A DNA stretch of 64,000 nucleotides from Chiloscyllium plagiosum (Eukaryota). The notes beneath the pieces were generated by a model. The model was not told the origin of the DNA. It did no database searches and saw only the letters and a list, made by a program, of their open reading frames with translations. The translations under genes were made by a program, and so were the position numbers. This document shows, in pieces, positions 47,250 to 61,509 of the stretch; within the stretch, counting starts at the first letter, position 1, and each line of letters begins with the position of its first letter. The stretch lies in contig NC_057759.1 in the NCBI RefSeq assembly GCF_004010195.1, positions 2,213,199 to 2,277,198 of the forward strand, given 5' to 3'.

Positions 47250-50200
47250 AAGACCATAAGATGTAAGAATGGGAGTAGGCAGTTCAGCCCATCGAATCTG
47301 CACCAAATTTAACAGTAACGTTTTTGATCTCAGCATCCTCAACTCCACCTTCCAGTCTTCACCCCCACGCTGCCCCATCCCAACACTCCACCTACACCCC
47401 CATCACCCTCGATACTCCTTCCTGATGAAAAGTCCCTTCATCTCTGCTTGAATATACCTAATAGCACAGCCCCAAAGTCCCTGTGTGGTAAAGAATTCCA
47501 CAGATCAACTCCGCTCACAGAGTTTAAATTCCTGCCCATCTCTATCTTCAATAAGCAAAGTCCCTTATTCTGAGACAATGCCCCTCTGGTCCTAGACTCT
47601 CCCACACAAGGGGAAACGAATTCTTTCTATCTCTCATTTCAATTCCCTCTATGAATCTTCACTCAGGTCACCTCTCATTCTTCTAAACGCCAATGAGAAC
47701 AGGCCCGGTCCGTTCAACCTTTTCATCATCCGTCAGTAACTCTCTCCATATCCGGGATTAACTGAGTGAACATTGTCTGGACTGCCTCACTGCCAAGATT
47801 AGGTTTCCTCAGAAACTGGGACCCAGAACTGACCACACTATTCCAAATTAGTAAAATATTAGATTAAATTAATTTACTGCATTTTGGTAAAACAAATCAA
47901 GGCATGGTTTATACATTTAAATGTATCATCTGGGGGAATATTGCTGAATAAAGACTTATGGGTGCAGGTTCATATTTCCTTGAAAGTGGAATTGCAGGTG
48001 GGCAGGGTGGTGCAGAAGGCGTTTGGTGCACTTGCCTTCATTGGTGAGTACATTGAGGATAGGCGTTGTGATGTCATATTGCAGGTGTACAGGACATTAG
48101 TTGTGCCTTTTTTTTTGAATACTGTATTCAATTTTGTTCTCCTTGCAATAGGAAAAGCGGTGTTAAGCATGAAAGGATTCAGAAAATATATATAAACATG
48201 TTGCTATTTTGTTGGGTTTGATAAATAGGGAGAGCTTATTTTACCTGAAGTGTCAAAGACTGTGGTTTACAATATATATAGCTTTATAAAATCATGAGCG
48301 GCATGGATAGGGTAAATCGGCAAGGTCTCTTTCCCAGGGTAGGAGAATCCTGGGAGGGCATAGGTTTAAGGTGAGAGAGGCAAATTGAAAAGGCGCATGA
48401 ATAAGAATAGTTTAATGGATATGATCCACATGTTGGCAAGCAGGGTTAGATTGATTTACGCTATCTGATCGGCATGAAGGAGTTGGTCTGAAGGGACTGT
48501 TTACGTGCTGTTCTTCTCCATGACTCTACACTTCAGCTCCATTCGCCAGTCCCCAAATACTGAAGCACTCTATGTCCAAATGCAGCAACATATTGATAAT
48601 ATCTAGGCTTGTGCAGAAATGTGGCAAGGAACATTTGCACTATCCTATTACATTCTACAATCAGAAAGATCCTGTTAATATTCAATAATGTTCCCATCAC
48701 TGAAGCACCTCACTATGAACATTCTGGGGTTTACCATTGAGAGAGAATCTAACCATAACCCCCTTTATTTTCAATGGCATTGTTATCACTGAATACCCTC
48801 ACTACCAATATCCTGGGAGTTACTGTTGACCAGAAACTGAACTGGACTCTCCATATCAGTACTGTGGCTACAAGACTACGCCAAAGGCTAGGAATACATC
48901 AGCGAGTAACTCACCTCCTGACTCCCCTCAAAACCTGCCCATTTAAAAGGCACAAGTCGGAAGTGTGATGCAATACTCCCCACTGCTCTGGATGCAGCTC
49001 CAACAACACTCGAGAAACTCGAGAATCTGATGAAGGGCTCTTGCCTGAAATATCGATTTTGGTGCTCCTCGGATTCTGCCTGACCCATTGTGCATTTCCA
49101 GCACCACTCTAATCTAAACTCTATTGTATCTTGAACAAAGCAGCTCCCACTTGATTGGCACCATATCCACAACATCCACTTCCTCAACCAACAATTTTCA
49201 ATAGCAGCAGTGTGTAGCATCTGTAAGATTATTGCACAAGCTCACCAAAGATCCTGAGACTAAACTCATGACCACTTCCATCTAGAAGGACAAGAGCAGT
49301 AGATACGTAGGAACATGACACCCTGCAATATCCCCTCCGAGCCACCCTGCAATATCCACTCCGAGCCTGACTTGGAAATATATCGGCTGTCTATTAAGTG
49401 CCGTTGGGTTGACATCCTGGAAATTCCTCCCTCAGGACACTGGGGGGCATATGTACAGCATATTGACTACATTGATTCAAGAAGGCAGCTCGCCATTACT
49501 TCTCAAATGGACAACGGTGACTAATGCTGGGCCCAGTCAGTCACATCCATGTCCCAGAAGTAAAAAGAATAAAGGAATGGTAGTAGGAGACAAAGAGTTC
49601 AAATGCGGCATTCATGGAATCAGTGCAGTAAGTTAACTGTTATTCGGATTTTTCAGTTGTTTAGCTTTATTATTGTAAAGCTATGTAAAATAAAGTTATT
49701 GTAACATTGTGCCTGCCGAAAAGTATCATTTGACACTGATATTCAGCAAGGAACTGCAAGTCATGGAGATATACAGCACGGAAACACACCCTTCGGTCCA
49801 TATGGTGTGCGCCAAACAGATATCCGAACCTAATCTAGTCCGATTTGTCAGCACTTTGTCCACATCCCTCTAAACCCTTCATATTCATATATCCATCCAG
49901 ATGCCTTTAAAACATTGTAATTGCACCAGCCTCCAATACTTCCTCTGGCAGCTCATTCCAAACACGTACCACCCTGTTTGTGAAAAATGTTGCCCCTTAG
50001 GTCCGTTTCAAATCTTTCTTCACTCAACTGAAATCTATGCCCCCTAGTTGTAGACTCGGTGCAAAGACCGTGACTATTAACCCTATTCAAGCCCTTCATG
50101 ATCTTCTAAACCTCTGTAAGGTCAAGCCTCAGCTTGTGAGGCCCCAGAGAAAACAGCCACAGCCAATTCAGAATCTCCCTTCAGCTCAAATTCTCCAACT

Positions 50201-50920
50201 ATGGCAAAATGCTTGTCAATATTGTATGAACTCATTCAAGTTTAAAACATTAATTTTTAGATCCTGTCTCTTCTTTACCATCACTATTTTAAAACAAATA
50301 GAATTATGGGCGCTGACTCCAAAGTTCTCCCCTACTGCCATCTCAGTCACTTGCTCTGCCTTATTCCCCAACAGTAGATTAGGTTTTCCATCTTCTCTAG
50401 TAGGAACAATCACATACTTAATCAGAAAATGTTGTTGAACACACGTAACAAATTCCTCTACACGTAAACTATTAACACCATGGCAATCCCAATCTACGTT
50501 TGTAAAGTTAAAATCCCCCACTATAGCCGCCCTGTTATTCTTACAGATAACAGATCTCCTTGCAAATTTGTTTCTCAATTTCCCGCTGACTATCGGTGGC
50601 TCTATAGTGCAATCACAATAACATGACCATCCCTTTCTTATTTTTCAGTTCCACACAAATAAATTCACTTGATGTATTCCCAGGAATATCTTTTCTATTT
50701 ACAGTCATAGTGTTTTCCCTAATCAGAAACATCACTTCTCCTCCTGTCGTGCTGCCCTTTCTATCCTTGCAATAGCATTTGTATCCTGGAATATTAAGTT
50801 GCCAATCACATGTTCCAAACCATGTTCTGAGTTCATCTGCTTTCCTTGTTAGGCCTCTTGCATTGCAGCAAATGCAGTCTAAATTATCAGTCCTACTTTG
50901 TTCTCTGCTTTGTCCCTGCC
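47250..50920. mobile_element. Series of decayed CR1/L2-type LINE fragments
   Basis: ILGVTVDQKLNW, GDFNFTNVDW and LNIPGY motifs; PLE hammerhead piece CTGATGA at 49027 inserted. Confidence 0.8.
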
Positions 50921-51279
50921 TGCCCTGATTGATTGGCTTGCTCTTTTTTTCCAAATGTGCCAGTCTCTGATTTTTTTTTTGTTCACTATCTCCCTGGGTC
51001 CCAAGTCGGCATTTTGCAAGCTGAACAAGCATATGCCCGATGTGAAAGCTGCAACCTTGCAAACAGGGGTAAAGCAAAATATACCCAGTCCCTCAGAATA
51101 TCCGCCAAGGCTGTCCTAGCTCCCCCTCTACCTAGTGTCAAAAAGGACACTGCAAAATCTGCAGTGTCCATGCCAATACTGCCTGAAGCAAAAATCGGCC
51201 GATACACTCTGGGTGCAAGAGCCAGGCTATGGTGCAGACAAACCACCACTGTCCAGGTACAGTCCGAGATTCTGGACCT

Positions 51280-51650
51280 GGTGTGAAAATGACTCCAGGA
51301 AGCTATAGAATGAAAAATAGACCTATAGGTCAGCCAGATGGATCTCGTAGAAAACGAATGTCCTAATTGAAGTCGTTATCCTGGCCTGATCAGGGAATCA
51401 GCGCTGAAAATGTGTTGCTGGAAAAGCGCAGCAGGTCAGTCAGCATCCAAGGAACAGGAGAATCGACGTTTCGGGCATAAGCCCTTCTTCAGGAATGATC
51501 AGGGAATCCTGCTGGTAAATATAAGCAGGAATGTCAGTGGTTGTGCTTTCTGTAGGAGCCGGCTCTGTGTTAGTAGTGTTTGGGTCATGACTGTGCACAT
51601 GTCAAAAAATGGTATCTTGTTGAGTGGATATTAGCTTCGTGGAGTTATTT
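51280..51650 (+). mobile_element. Diverged solo LTR of the Gypsy family, interrupted by a PLE arm
   Basis: ggtcagccagatggatctcgtagaa..aatataagcagga..ggagccggctctg..ggagttatttta. Confidence 0.5.
51400..51495 (-). mobile_element. 96-bp single-arm hammerhead element
   Basis: Minus strand attc-CTGAAGA-a-GGGCttatGCCC-GAAA-CG-TC-gatt; 13-bp TSD TGATCAGGGAATC at 51387-51399 and 51496-51508. Confidence 0.85.
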
Positions 51651-52488
51651 TAAATGGTAGAAGTTATAAACACAAATTGCTGGAGAAACTCAGCGGGTCG
51701 GGCAGCATCTGTGGAGAGGCAAAAATAGAATAAATTATCTGAATCCAATGACCCTTCGTCAGAAATGGACCTGTTGAGTTTTCCAGTACTTTCTATTCAA
51801 TACCAGTCTGTCTCCTCTTTCATCAAATTAAAAACCTCCCAGCTCAAATGGCAACATCCTGGTAAATCTTTAGCTGTATCCTGTCCCAAAACTATCACAG
51901 TCCTCCGAGAATGTGGATTTCCAGAATTGCAGACAATATTCTTGCTTTGTGACCTAACGGGCGTTTTATACAGTTCCAGCACAGCAGATAGATATCGTGG
52001 TATTAAATGATAATGTTGCAGAGAATATCTCTCATACTGGTTAAGGAGTCAAAATGTGAACTTAGCAATATCTATTCAAACATATCAACTCCACGCAACA
52101 GCTAGTGTTAATGCAGTTTGCAAATGCTGTTGGTGCCTTTGGCCTGAGCTGGATACTGCGAGAGATAAAGCGCTTTATTTCCTCCTTCAACTTCAGTCTG
52201 ATTTAGTTCACTCCCTTTCCCCCTATTCTCTCTGACTTTTTTTAATGTCAGCATTGCCCTTAACGGGCATTGTTTTTTTTTAAAATATATACTTAGCCAC
52301 TCGGGTATTTTCTTTGTGATGGAAAAACGTATACATAGTCAAGCCCATTCATACCATTGTCTTTTCCTACTGTCTCACTATATCTACAAATAGAGAAAAC
52401 CACTATATACATTTGGGGGAAGAAAAGAAAATAAAGAGTGCTTTGAGCCAAAAAGGCACAAGAGAGAAAGATCAATGAAGCATCACCT

Positions 52489-52489
<1 letters not shown>

Positions 52490-52534
<45 letters not shown>
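52490..52534. repeat. Poly-C homopolymer (~45 nt)
   Basis: Direct observation. Confidence 0.95.
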
Positions 52535-52535
<1 letters not shown>

Positions 52536-54388
52536 TGCCTCTTGTGATGCAGAATATTGTCCCTTCCGCTGAACCAAGAGACCAGGATTCAAGACCCACG
52601 TGCTCCAGAAGTGGTCAATAGCAACTCTGAAAAGGTTGGTTAGAAATAATGTTTTAATAAAATGAACCCCCTGCCCACTTCCATGCTTGGCTGCCATTGT
52701 GGCGAGAGCAATTACTGTCTCCTAATGCTATCAATGCCTTTAGAGACAGGTGATCACTGCAATCAATGCTTTATTCTCCCCCTAAGTCCATTTTGGTTTG
52801 GCCACTTTCCCTACATCCTCCACACTTTTAATGGTTTCCATGATCAGGTAAATTGCAATTTGGTGATCACAGATAGAAAAGGGGAGAAAATAAAAAAAAA
52901 GTATGTTCAGAGATTTTGGTGGTTGGCAAGCTGTGTGTCATAGCATATCTGGGTTAAAAGAAAATTAAAAATCAGATAGTGTTCTGGTAGTGCTTTGTCA
53001 TTTTAAAAACAAAATGAAAGGCAGGGTGATTTGCTGATGGGAAAGTCATTCAGTTAACGTGTTAGTACTTCTGATTATAGAAAAAGAAAATGAAATCAGA
53101 CCCAGTGTCCCTCTTGTGCAGTTATGTTCATATCCGTGTGTCCTTAGAAAGGGAGCACACCGTGTCCATCATTTCTCTCGATTTTTTTCTCTTACACCCC
53201 CTCTCACCTTTGATGGTTTATATTACCGAGAATGGGCTTTGCTTGTCAATATCTGATTGGCTGGTTAACTTGTGGCAGTTTATGGATAAAAAGAAAGAAA
53301 AAGTCATGGTGATTTGAAGGTGGAGGAAAGCAATTTGTTTGGTTGGGTCCAACTCGAACTGCACCGGCCAGCCATCCCAGCCCGACCCAGTCTCATTTGC
53401 CTGAAATAGGTCGCCAAGCCCTCTAATCGTTTCCTAGCTATGTATCTATCCAAAGGTCTTTTAAACTTTATAATTGTTACCAACTTTACTACTTCCACTG
53501 CAGCACATTCTATATAAACACATCACCCTCAATGAGAAACAATTGCCTCTGAGGTCCCTTTTACATACTTCCCCCTCACCTTAAACCTATCCCCTCTCGT
53601 TTGAGATTCCGTTCTCCTGGACCTCGGATACGGCCTGGCCTGCTGTGCTTTTCCACATTTTTCGACTCTGATCTCCAGCATCAGCAGTCCTCACGTTCTA
53701 CTGAGGGAAGGACCTTGCCAATGCACCTTGTCTATGCCCCTCATGATTCTATAAACCTGCATAAGATCACCCCTCAAGATCCTACAATCCAGCGATAAAA
53801 AAATTCTGGAATCAACTGCCACTGTGTGCAGTTCCAGTCTCCGCATTATAGGAAACACGTCATTACTTTGAAGGGGGTGGGGGTGGGGNNNNNNNNNNNN
53901 NNNNNNNNNNNNNNNNNNNNNNNNNNNNNNNNNNNNNNNNNNNNNNNNNNNNNNNNNNNNNNNNNNNNNNNNNNNNNNNNNNNNNNNNNNNNNNNNNNNN
54001 NNNNNNNNNNNNNNNNNNNNNNNNNNNNNNNNNNNNNNNNNNNNNNNNNNNNNNNNNNNNNNNNNNNNNNNNNNNNNNNNNNNNNNNNNNNNNNNNNNNN
54101 NNNNNNNNNNNNNNNNNNNNNNNNNNNNNNNNNNNNNNNNNNNNNNNNNNNNNNNNNNNNNNNNNNNNNNNNNNNNNNNNNNNNNNNNNNNNNNNNNNNN
54201 NNNNNNNNNNNNNNNNNNNNNNNNNNNNNNNNNNNNNNNNNNNNNNNNNNNNNNNNNNNNNNNNNNNNNNNNNNNNNNNNNNNNNNNNNNNNNNNNNNNN
54301 NNNNNNNNNNNNNNNNNNNNNNNNNNNNNNNNNNNNNNNNNNNNNNNNNNNNNNNNNNNNNNNNNNNNNNNNNNNNNNNNNNNNNNNN

Positions 54389-57300
54389 ACCTAACAGTTT
54401 CTGCTCTGTGTCTGAGGGTGTATTTATGAATCTATTGCCGTCAGTGTTTGCAATGTGAAAGTAAATTGATCAATCTTTCCTCATTAGTTTCTGTTCTCTG
54501 AATCAGAGTGTTTAATTATCAATGAGTAACTGTCAGTTTTTGGCTTTGTGAATGTGTAAATGAATTTATCATGCCGTACCTATCAGATTCTGCTTTGAGT
54601 TTTTCTGAGAGTTTAGTTTAATCTGTCCCTGTCAGAATCTGTAAATGTAGTTACCAATCCATACCTGTCAGTTTTTCTGGCTGAATATGTGTGCGAAATG
54701 TCAGGCTATCCCTGACCAATTCCACTGTGTAAATATGAGAAATTCGGAAGCAATGCTTCCTGTCAGTCTCTGCAATGTGAATATGTGAGTGTATTTATCA
54801 ATATTTCCCTGACAGTTTCTGCTCGGTGAGACAGTGTTGTGATCAATACATTCTGCCCTATGAATATTTGAGTGTCTTTATCAAATTATACTTGTCAGAA
54901 AATTTTCTCTGCATATACAGAAGTTTAGCAGTCAGTTTCGTCAATGTGAATATGTGAGCACAGGTTTGAATCTATGCCTATCTGTTTCTGCCAAGTCAAT
55001 ATGAGAGTGCAGTTTTCAATCTCTACCTGTCATATTTTGCGTGAAATTGAGTGTACTTATCAAACTGTATCTGAGAGTTTATGTTAAGTGAAAGTGAAGT
55101 GTTGTTAACAAAAAGTCACAGGTACAATTTGATATGTGACTAGAAGAGTGTAATTTCCAATCTGTCCCTGTCATTGTCTTCTCCATAAATCCGAGGTAGT
55201 AATTAAATTATACTTGCCGGTCTTTGCTATGTGAATGAGAGTGTACATCTCAACCAATATCTGGCAGTATGAGTTATGAGAATGAGAGTGTTGCTATCAG
55301 TCTGTACCTTTCAGTTTCTGTTATTTCAACATGTGAGTTTAGTTATCTACCTGTACCAATCAGTTTCTGCTTGGTGAATATGTGAGTGCATATAACAATC
55401 ATTCCTTGTCAGTATCTGTGTTGTGAATATGTGAATGAGGGTATCAATTTGTAAACCTGTCAGTTTCAGACATGTACGTATGGAAATATACCCGTCAGAT
55501 TCTGCTCTGTGAATATGGTGCAGTAATCAATCTGTCTTTGCTTTGTGAACATCCAAATATAGTCATTAATATGGACATGTCAGTTTCCACTATGTGAATG
55601 CGTATGTGTATTTCTTAACCTACCCCTGTGAGGTTCTGCTGTCTATGAGAGTGTTGACATGAACATGTAGCTGCAAGTTTCTGGTTTGGTAACGTTTGAA
55701 TGCCTTTGTCAAAATGTATGTCAGTTTCTGTAATGTGAATGTGTCAGTCCAGTAATCAATTTACAACTGTAACTTTCTGTTCTGTGCATATGTAAGTGGT
55801 GGTTATCATCTGTACCTGTTAGTTTCTGCTTCATAAATGAATGAGGGGAGTTGTCCACCTGTTCCTGTCAGTTTGTGCTGTGAATGTGTCAGAGTAGTTA
55901 ACAGTCTGCATCTGTCAATTTCTACAAGGTGAATGAGAGAGTGTAGTTCCCAATATGGACCTGTGAGATTCTGATCTGTTATGATTGAGTATTGTTATCA
56001 AACTGTACATGACAATGTATTTATCCCTCTGTGAACTTGGAAGTGTAGTAATAAATGTTTACCTGTTCGGTTATGCTGTGGGAAAGTTCTTGTCAGTTTC
56101 CTCCAAGTGAGTTTAGTTATCCATCTGTGCCGGCCAGTTTCTGCTATCTGAATGTATGAGTGCAAGTATCAATCTGTGTGTCTCAGTTTCTGCAACATCA
56201 ATAAGCAAGTTAAATCTTTGATCTGTACCTGTCAGTTTCAGATATGTGAATGTATGAATGCTGTTATTAATATATCCCTGAATGTTTCTGCTTGTAAAAA
56301 TGCAAATATATTCATTAAATTATCCCTGTCATTTTCTGCAAAGTGAATATGAAAATGTAGTTATCAATCTGTAACTGTCAGTTTCTGTTCTGTGAATATA
56401 CAAGTGTTGTAATCAATCTGTACCAGCCAGTTTCTGCAGTATGAATATTATTGTAGAATGCGGCACATTATGCGACACAGTGGCTGGATCTGTTGCCTCA
56501 CAGCGCCAGGGACTTGGATTCGATTCGGGCGACTGTCTGCATGGAGTGCACATACTCCCCGTGTCTGTGTGGGTTTCCTCTGGCTGCCCCGGTTTCCTCC
56601 CACAGTCCAAAGAACAGGTTAAGTGAATTGGCCATGCTAAACTGCCCATAGTGTTCAGGGATGTGTGGGTTAGGTGCATTAGTCAGGGGTAAATGTACAG
56701 TGATAAGGGAATGGCTCTGGTTGAGATAATCTTCAGAGGGTCAGGCTGAATGTCCTGTTTTGAAACTGTACGGATTCTAATTCTAACTAAAAGACTATAT
56801 CTGAAAGTTTCTGCTAGATGAATTATTACATATAAATTGATTAGTTATTAATCTCTCCCCATCAGTTTCTGATTTGATAATGTATGAACGCACTTATCAA
56901 TCTGAATCTGCTATTTTTTTGTAATATGAATATGGGAGTACAGTTACTGTTCTATGCCTGGAGACATAGGAGTGGAAGCTAGGAAACTTGGGGAAATGGA
57001 TATTGATATCTTGAAAAATATTTGATGTCAGTGCACATGCCAAAAGTGCAGGTGTTAGAGATGTTAAAAAATAAATAAAGGTGTATCAAACTCTCAGACC
57101 TGATCAAGTATATCCCTTGATGTTGTAGGAAGCTGTATTGGTAATTTGAATAAATGATATTGTTTTCTTACTTTTTTTTAGAATATCTCAAAGGGAGGGT
57201 CAATCTATCTCTGTCAGTTATTGCAATGTGAATGTGTGACTGTGGTTATAAATCTGTACCTGTCAGTTTCTATGTGAATATGTGGGTGCAGTTACCCATC

Positions 57301-58380
57301 TCAGTTTCTGCAATGTGAATGAGAGTATAATTATCAGTCTCTAGCAGTCAGCTTCTCCAACATCTATATGTGATGTTAGTTATGGAGCTGAACCTCTGTT
57401 AGTTTCTGTCAATATGAATGTGTGAGTGTCATCATCAATCTGTCCCAGTCAGTTTCTGTAATGTGAATGGGTGTGAGTAGATATCAACCTGCAACTGTTT
57501 CTGCCATGTGAATATGAGTTGAATATGAGAGTGTAGTTGTCAGGCTTTGTTTGTCAAACTGAGTATTGTTATCAATCTATACTTGTCAGATTCTGCTGTG
57601 CTTTATGCAATATGAAACTGAGTGTTATTGCTAATCTGTTCCTGTCAGTTTCTGCTTTGTGGATATGATACATTTGTTATCAAACGTTCCCTGACAGTAA
57701 CTACAATGTGAATGTCAGGGTGTATTTACTAATTGTTCCTATCAGTTTCAGCTCTGTATATTTAAGTGTGCAGTTATTAATCTGTAACTTTCAGTGTCTG
57801 CCATGTGAACGTGTGAGTGCATTTATCCTATCAGCTTCTTGCTAATCTGTTCCTGTCAGTTTCTGCTTTGTGGATATGATACATTTGTTATCAAACGTTC
57901 CCTGACAGTAACTACAATGTGAATGTCAGGGTGTATTTACTAATTTGTTCCTATCAGTTTCAGCTGTGTGTATTTAAGTGTGCAGTTATTAATCTGTAAC
58001 TTTCAGTGTCTGCCATGTGAATGTGCGAGTGCATTTATCCTATCAGCTTCTGTGTTACGAATATGTGAATGTGCTTAACAATTTGTACCTGCCAGTTCTG
58101 ATATTTAAATATCATCCTCAATTTCTCCTTATCGATTTCTCCTATATGTGTTACCGTGTGCAGTTAGTAATCTGTACATGAACTTTTCTGCAATTTGAAA
58201 ATTAGAATATACTTACCAATCTGACTGCTCTGTAAATGTATAAGTAGAGTCATCAAACTATACATGCCAGCTTCTGCTTTCTGACTATGAATTTAGATAT
58301 TAATCTTTGCCTGTCAATTTCAGCTACGTGAATGTGTGAGTGCACTTATCAATATGTACCTGTTAGTTTTTGCTCAGTGC
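54389..58380 (-). repeat. Diverged ~47-50 bp minisatellite array 3 (inverted paralog of array 2)
   Basis: GTTATCAATCTGTACCTGTCAGTTTCTGC units with landmarks collinear to 9.4-13.8 kb. Confidence 0.92.
56458..56785 (+). mobile_element. HE1 / V-SINE
   Basis: Head, V-domain and GAATTGGCCATGCTAAA body; absent from the paralogous array. Confidence 0.85.
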
Positions 58381-59682
58381 ATTTGATTTGTGTCATGGAT
58401 TGTGCAATGGGAAATTAAAGGGTTTTCCAACTCCTATAGTGCAGACTCAAACTGGCAGGAATGATACCATGGGCTGTTCTTCAGGATGTCATCAGTTTTT
58501 CCTCAGTGCATAGCTACATACTTTTGTGAATAATGTTGAGAAATGGATAGGTGTTACATTCCTTTGGTAGTGTCAAAATGAAAGGGGAACAAACAAATAA
58601 ATTGTATTGTAGCCGATTGACCACAATGTTTCTGCTACAGGAAAGAGAATTGGCTAGTTCACTTCATTATTCTATTGTGAGTATTACATAATCCTGCTCT
58701 GTAGTGTGATGGTGCAAGCCATTAGCAGTACTCTCCTGGTGCTCTATGGTGGCAATGAGGAAAGCGAAAACACTTGTATTTTTGTCATGCAGCAGAGAAG
58801 ATTTAAATCATTCAGGCAAATTTATTGAACTCTTCTTTCAAAAAAAGGAGAATTTACAAATTAATTTCTTTGTTGAATTAAAGGGTGATTACTTGATTAT
58901 ATTGTTAAATTGACGATATGACATTTGATTTTCTTCCTTGTTTGTGATATTTCATAGGGTGGGGAATTTGGGATTCTTTGTAGAAGATTAAAGTGAATTT
59001 GGAGACCAAGTTACACATTGTTTAATTAAAAAATGAATACTGGGCAGTGTGAAAATGTAATTTCTATCCATGCAAGGTGAATATGTTGAGATCAAGGTGG
59101 GGTTGGCAGCTCCTCTGCTGCCATGACACACTTAGTGAAATGGAATGCTGGCTGAATGGGATTTAGTTGCTTGTTTTTGTGTAAGCATTTCGTAAATATT
59201 CATTTCTGTTTCCTCCAGTGTTAATGTGTGTACATCGCTGTTAGTTTCTGTATCTTGGGTGTTGATATGATGGTTCAATCTGAATCAGTCAGTACCTTTG
59301 TGTGTGTGTGTGTGTGCTCAGTAATTATTCACTACTTGTCACATATGGTTGTTGACATCATGCTTTTACATAATTTCATTGTTTGTCCAATTGTGACATT
59401 TAAAATTCCCGTTTAAAATGTAAACTTGATTTAGTACACCAATTGCCTACATCAGACAACCAGTCAGCTTCAAAAATACTGTGAATGGTTGTGGCCTATG
59501 AATCATATCAATTGAAACTGGGAAGATGTCTATGGAGAATGCAGAGAAAAAAGAAACTTGTCTTTCCGCAATTGTATCTGACTGTTTGCTTGTTTGGATA
59601 TATCTCTGGAAATTGAGCTCAAACTAAGTCTGATCCAATCAGTTCTGTATCTGTGCTTTCAGCTTTGACAGTGGTGACATAC

Positions 59683-59759
59683 CTGCTGTTTGTTTGAAGC
59701 AGCTGGTCAAACTTGGCTTTGTACTGAGGAAATATGACATTGTCTTCATCATTCAAATA
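59683..59759 (-). pseudogene. Paralog of the 7803-7876 exon, frameshifted after the ATG
   Basis: DEDNVIFPQYKAKFDQLLQTNS with donor CAG|GTATGT; the ATG is 1 nt out of frame. Confidence 0.4.
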
Positions 59760-60253
59760 CTTGTTTGGAGGAAGACGGAAGATTTTTCAGCTGTAAATCA
59801 ACATAAGCCAAGTTAGGCAAGATTAAACTGATCAGTGTGATAGTCAGTTAATAATCATTAGGATATTTTTAAACCTCGCAATTCAAACAGAACCAGGTTT
59901 CAATTCCACTCTTTCCCCGAGTGGCTCCTGGTCACCTTTTATTTGCATCTTTGCAACAATTGGGTGAGATCCAGAACTAACGTCTGCACACATCCATGAA
60001 TGAGAATTCTTGATGCAGCTGCAATGCTGACAAATATCATAGCAAGCTGCCAATACACTAAATGTTGAAGGAAAGAACAAGTGACGCTATGTCTATTGTT
60101 TTATTCGAAACTTCAAATCTGTTCTCTCTAATACGTGTCCTTTCTACGATTTCCAAAATTATGGTTTGTGCTTCCATTATTCAGCGCCCCATACCAATAA
60201 ACAGCGTGAAACAGAAGTCAAGCAGAATTCCCATCAGTGTTTAGGGGATTAAA

Positions 60254-60715
60254 AACCCCAAGAATGTCCCACAGCAGCTTCTTCCCGCTCTGCCTCCCTC
60301 AGCAGGCCCACACTCAGCCCGAGAAAGGCCTCTCTCTTCCCCCCAGCCCGCTCACTCCAAGTTCCGGGACCAGTTCCTGCTCCGCTCGGCCTCTTACAAA
60401 CAGCCCCCGGTTCTCCCTGAACTCACCCCGAATCAATCCCGGTCTCGGAGCCCCCTCTGTGTCCCAGGCTCCCATCCCGATGTGCTGCTGGAAGGAGCCT
60501 GCTGTTCCCTCGCTTCCCTGGGCGCTGATCTCTCCATTGCGGTCTGTTTCAAACAAACCTCTTGCACTCACTGAGTCAACGCTCCTCAATGGCAGCGCTG
60601 GGGGAGGGACTCACGCATGCGCTCCTCTGGGCAGGACCAATCAGCTTTGGGAAAGGGGCAGCACCGCGCAGGACCAATCAGCTTTGGGAAAGGGGCAGCA
60701 CCGCGCATGCGCTAT
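60254..60715 (-). promoter_or_regulatory. Paralogous GC-rich promoter and first exon with NRF1-like and CCAAT sites
   Basis: Inverted near-identical copy of 6820-7196; CGCATGCG at ~60614 and ~60704; 37-bp tandem duplication with CCAAT at 60631-60704. Confidence 0.6.
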
Positions 60716-61509
60716 TTCAGGTAGCCAGAACAAATCATTTACAATAAACCGACAGTGACAGCAGCAGTGCTAAACTCAGACTCAGTATCAGGGATTAGGA
60801 TCAAAGCACAAATATTACTTCCAAAAAAACGAGAGACTAAATGAGCTTGGATTGTTCTTTTTTCGAGCCGAGATGTCTGAGGTGGCACATGATTGTGGTG
60901 TGAAAGATTATGAGGCGTATGGAGAGGGTGAATGTCGAGAAGCTGTTTCCCTTGTTTGAGCGATCAATCACAAGTGGTGATTGGGTTAGAATATGGTAAA
61001 AAATAAGGATTCTCACTATGATGTAGGATGGGGGTAAATATATTGAGGGAAAGTCTCTTTCGCTCAGCAAGTGGTGGAAATCTGGAAGATACTGCCTGGG
61101 AAGGCAGTGAAACCAGGAAAGCTGAACCTTGTAAAAGTATTTGGATGAGCACTTGAAATGTCATACCATTTAAGGATATGGGACAAGTGCAGGAAATTAG
61201 CAAACATTCAGTGGTAGATATTGTGGGTGCAGACACGATGCCTGAACGGCTTTTCTGTCTGTATGAGTATATGCATGCCAGCTTTTGCTCTGTGTATCTC
61301 AGGGTGCAGTTAATAATTTGTATCTGTCAGTGTTTGGTTTCTGACTATGTAATTGCATTTATCATATGCCACCTGTCAAGCTTTTGCAGTGTATATATGA
61401 AAGTCTAGTTACAAACCTGTAACTTTCAGGTTGTAGACACATACAACCTTTGATCCAACTAGTGCACACTGACCAGATACCCTAAACTAATCAAATCTCA
61501 TTGGCTGGC

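Noticed and set aside
53826..54458. 210-aa ORF
   Set aside because: Artefact of the 500-N gap
60237..60758. 173-aa ORF shared with 6871-7185
   Set aside because: Antisense to the splice-donor orientation in a GC-rich island; identity reflects DNA-level homogenisation, not evident coding constraint
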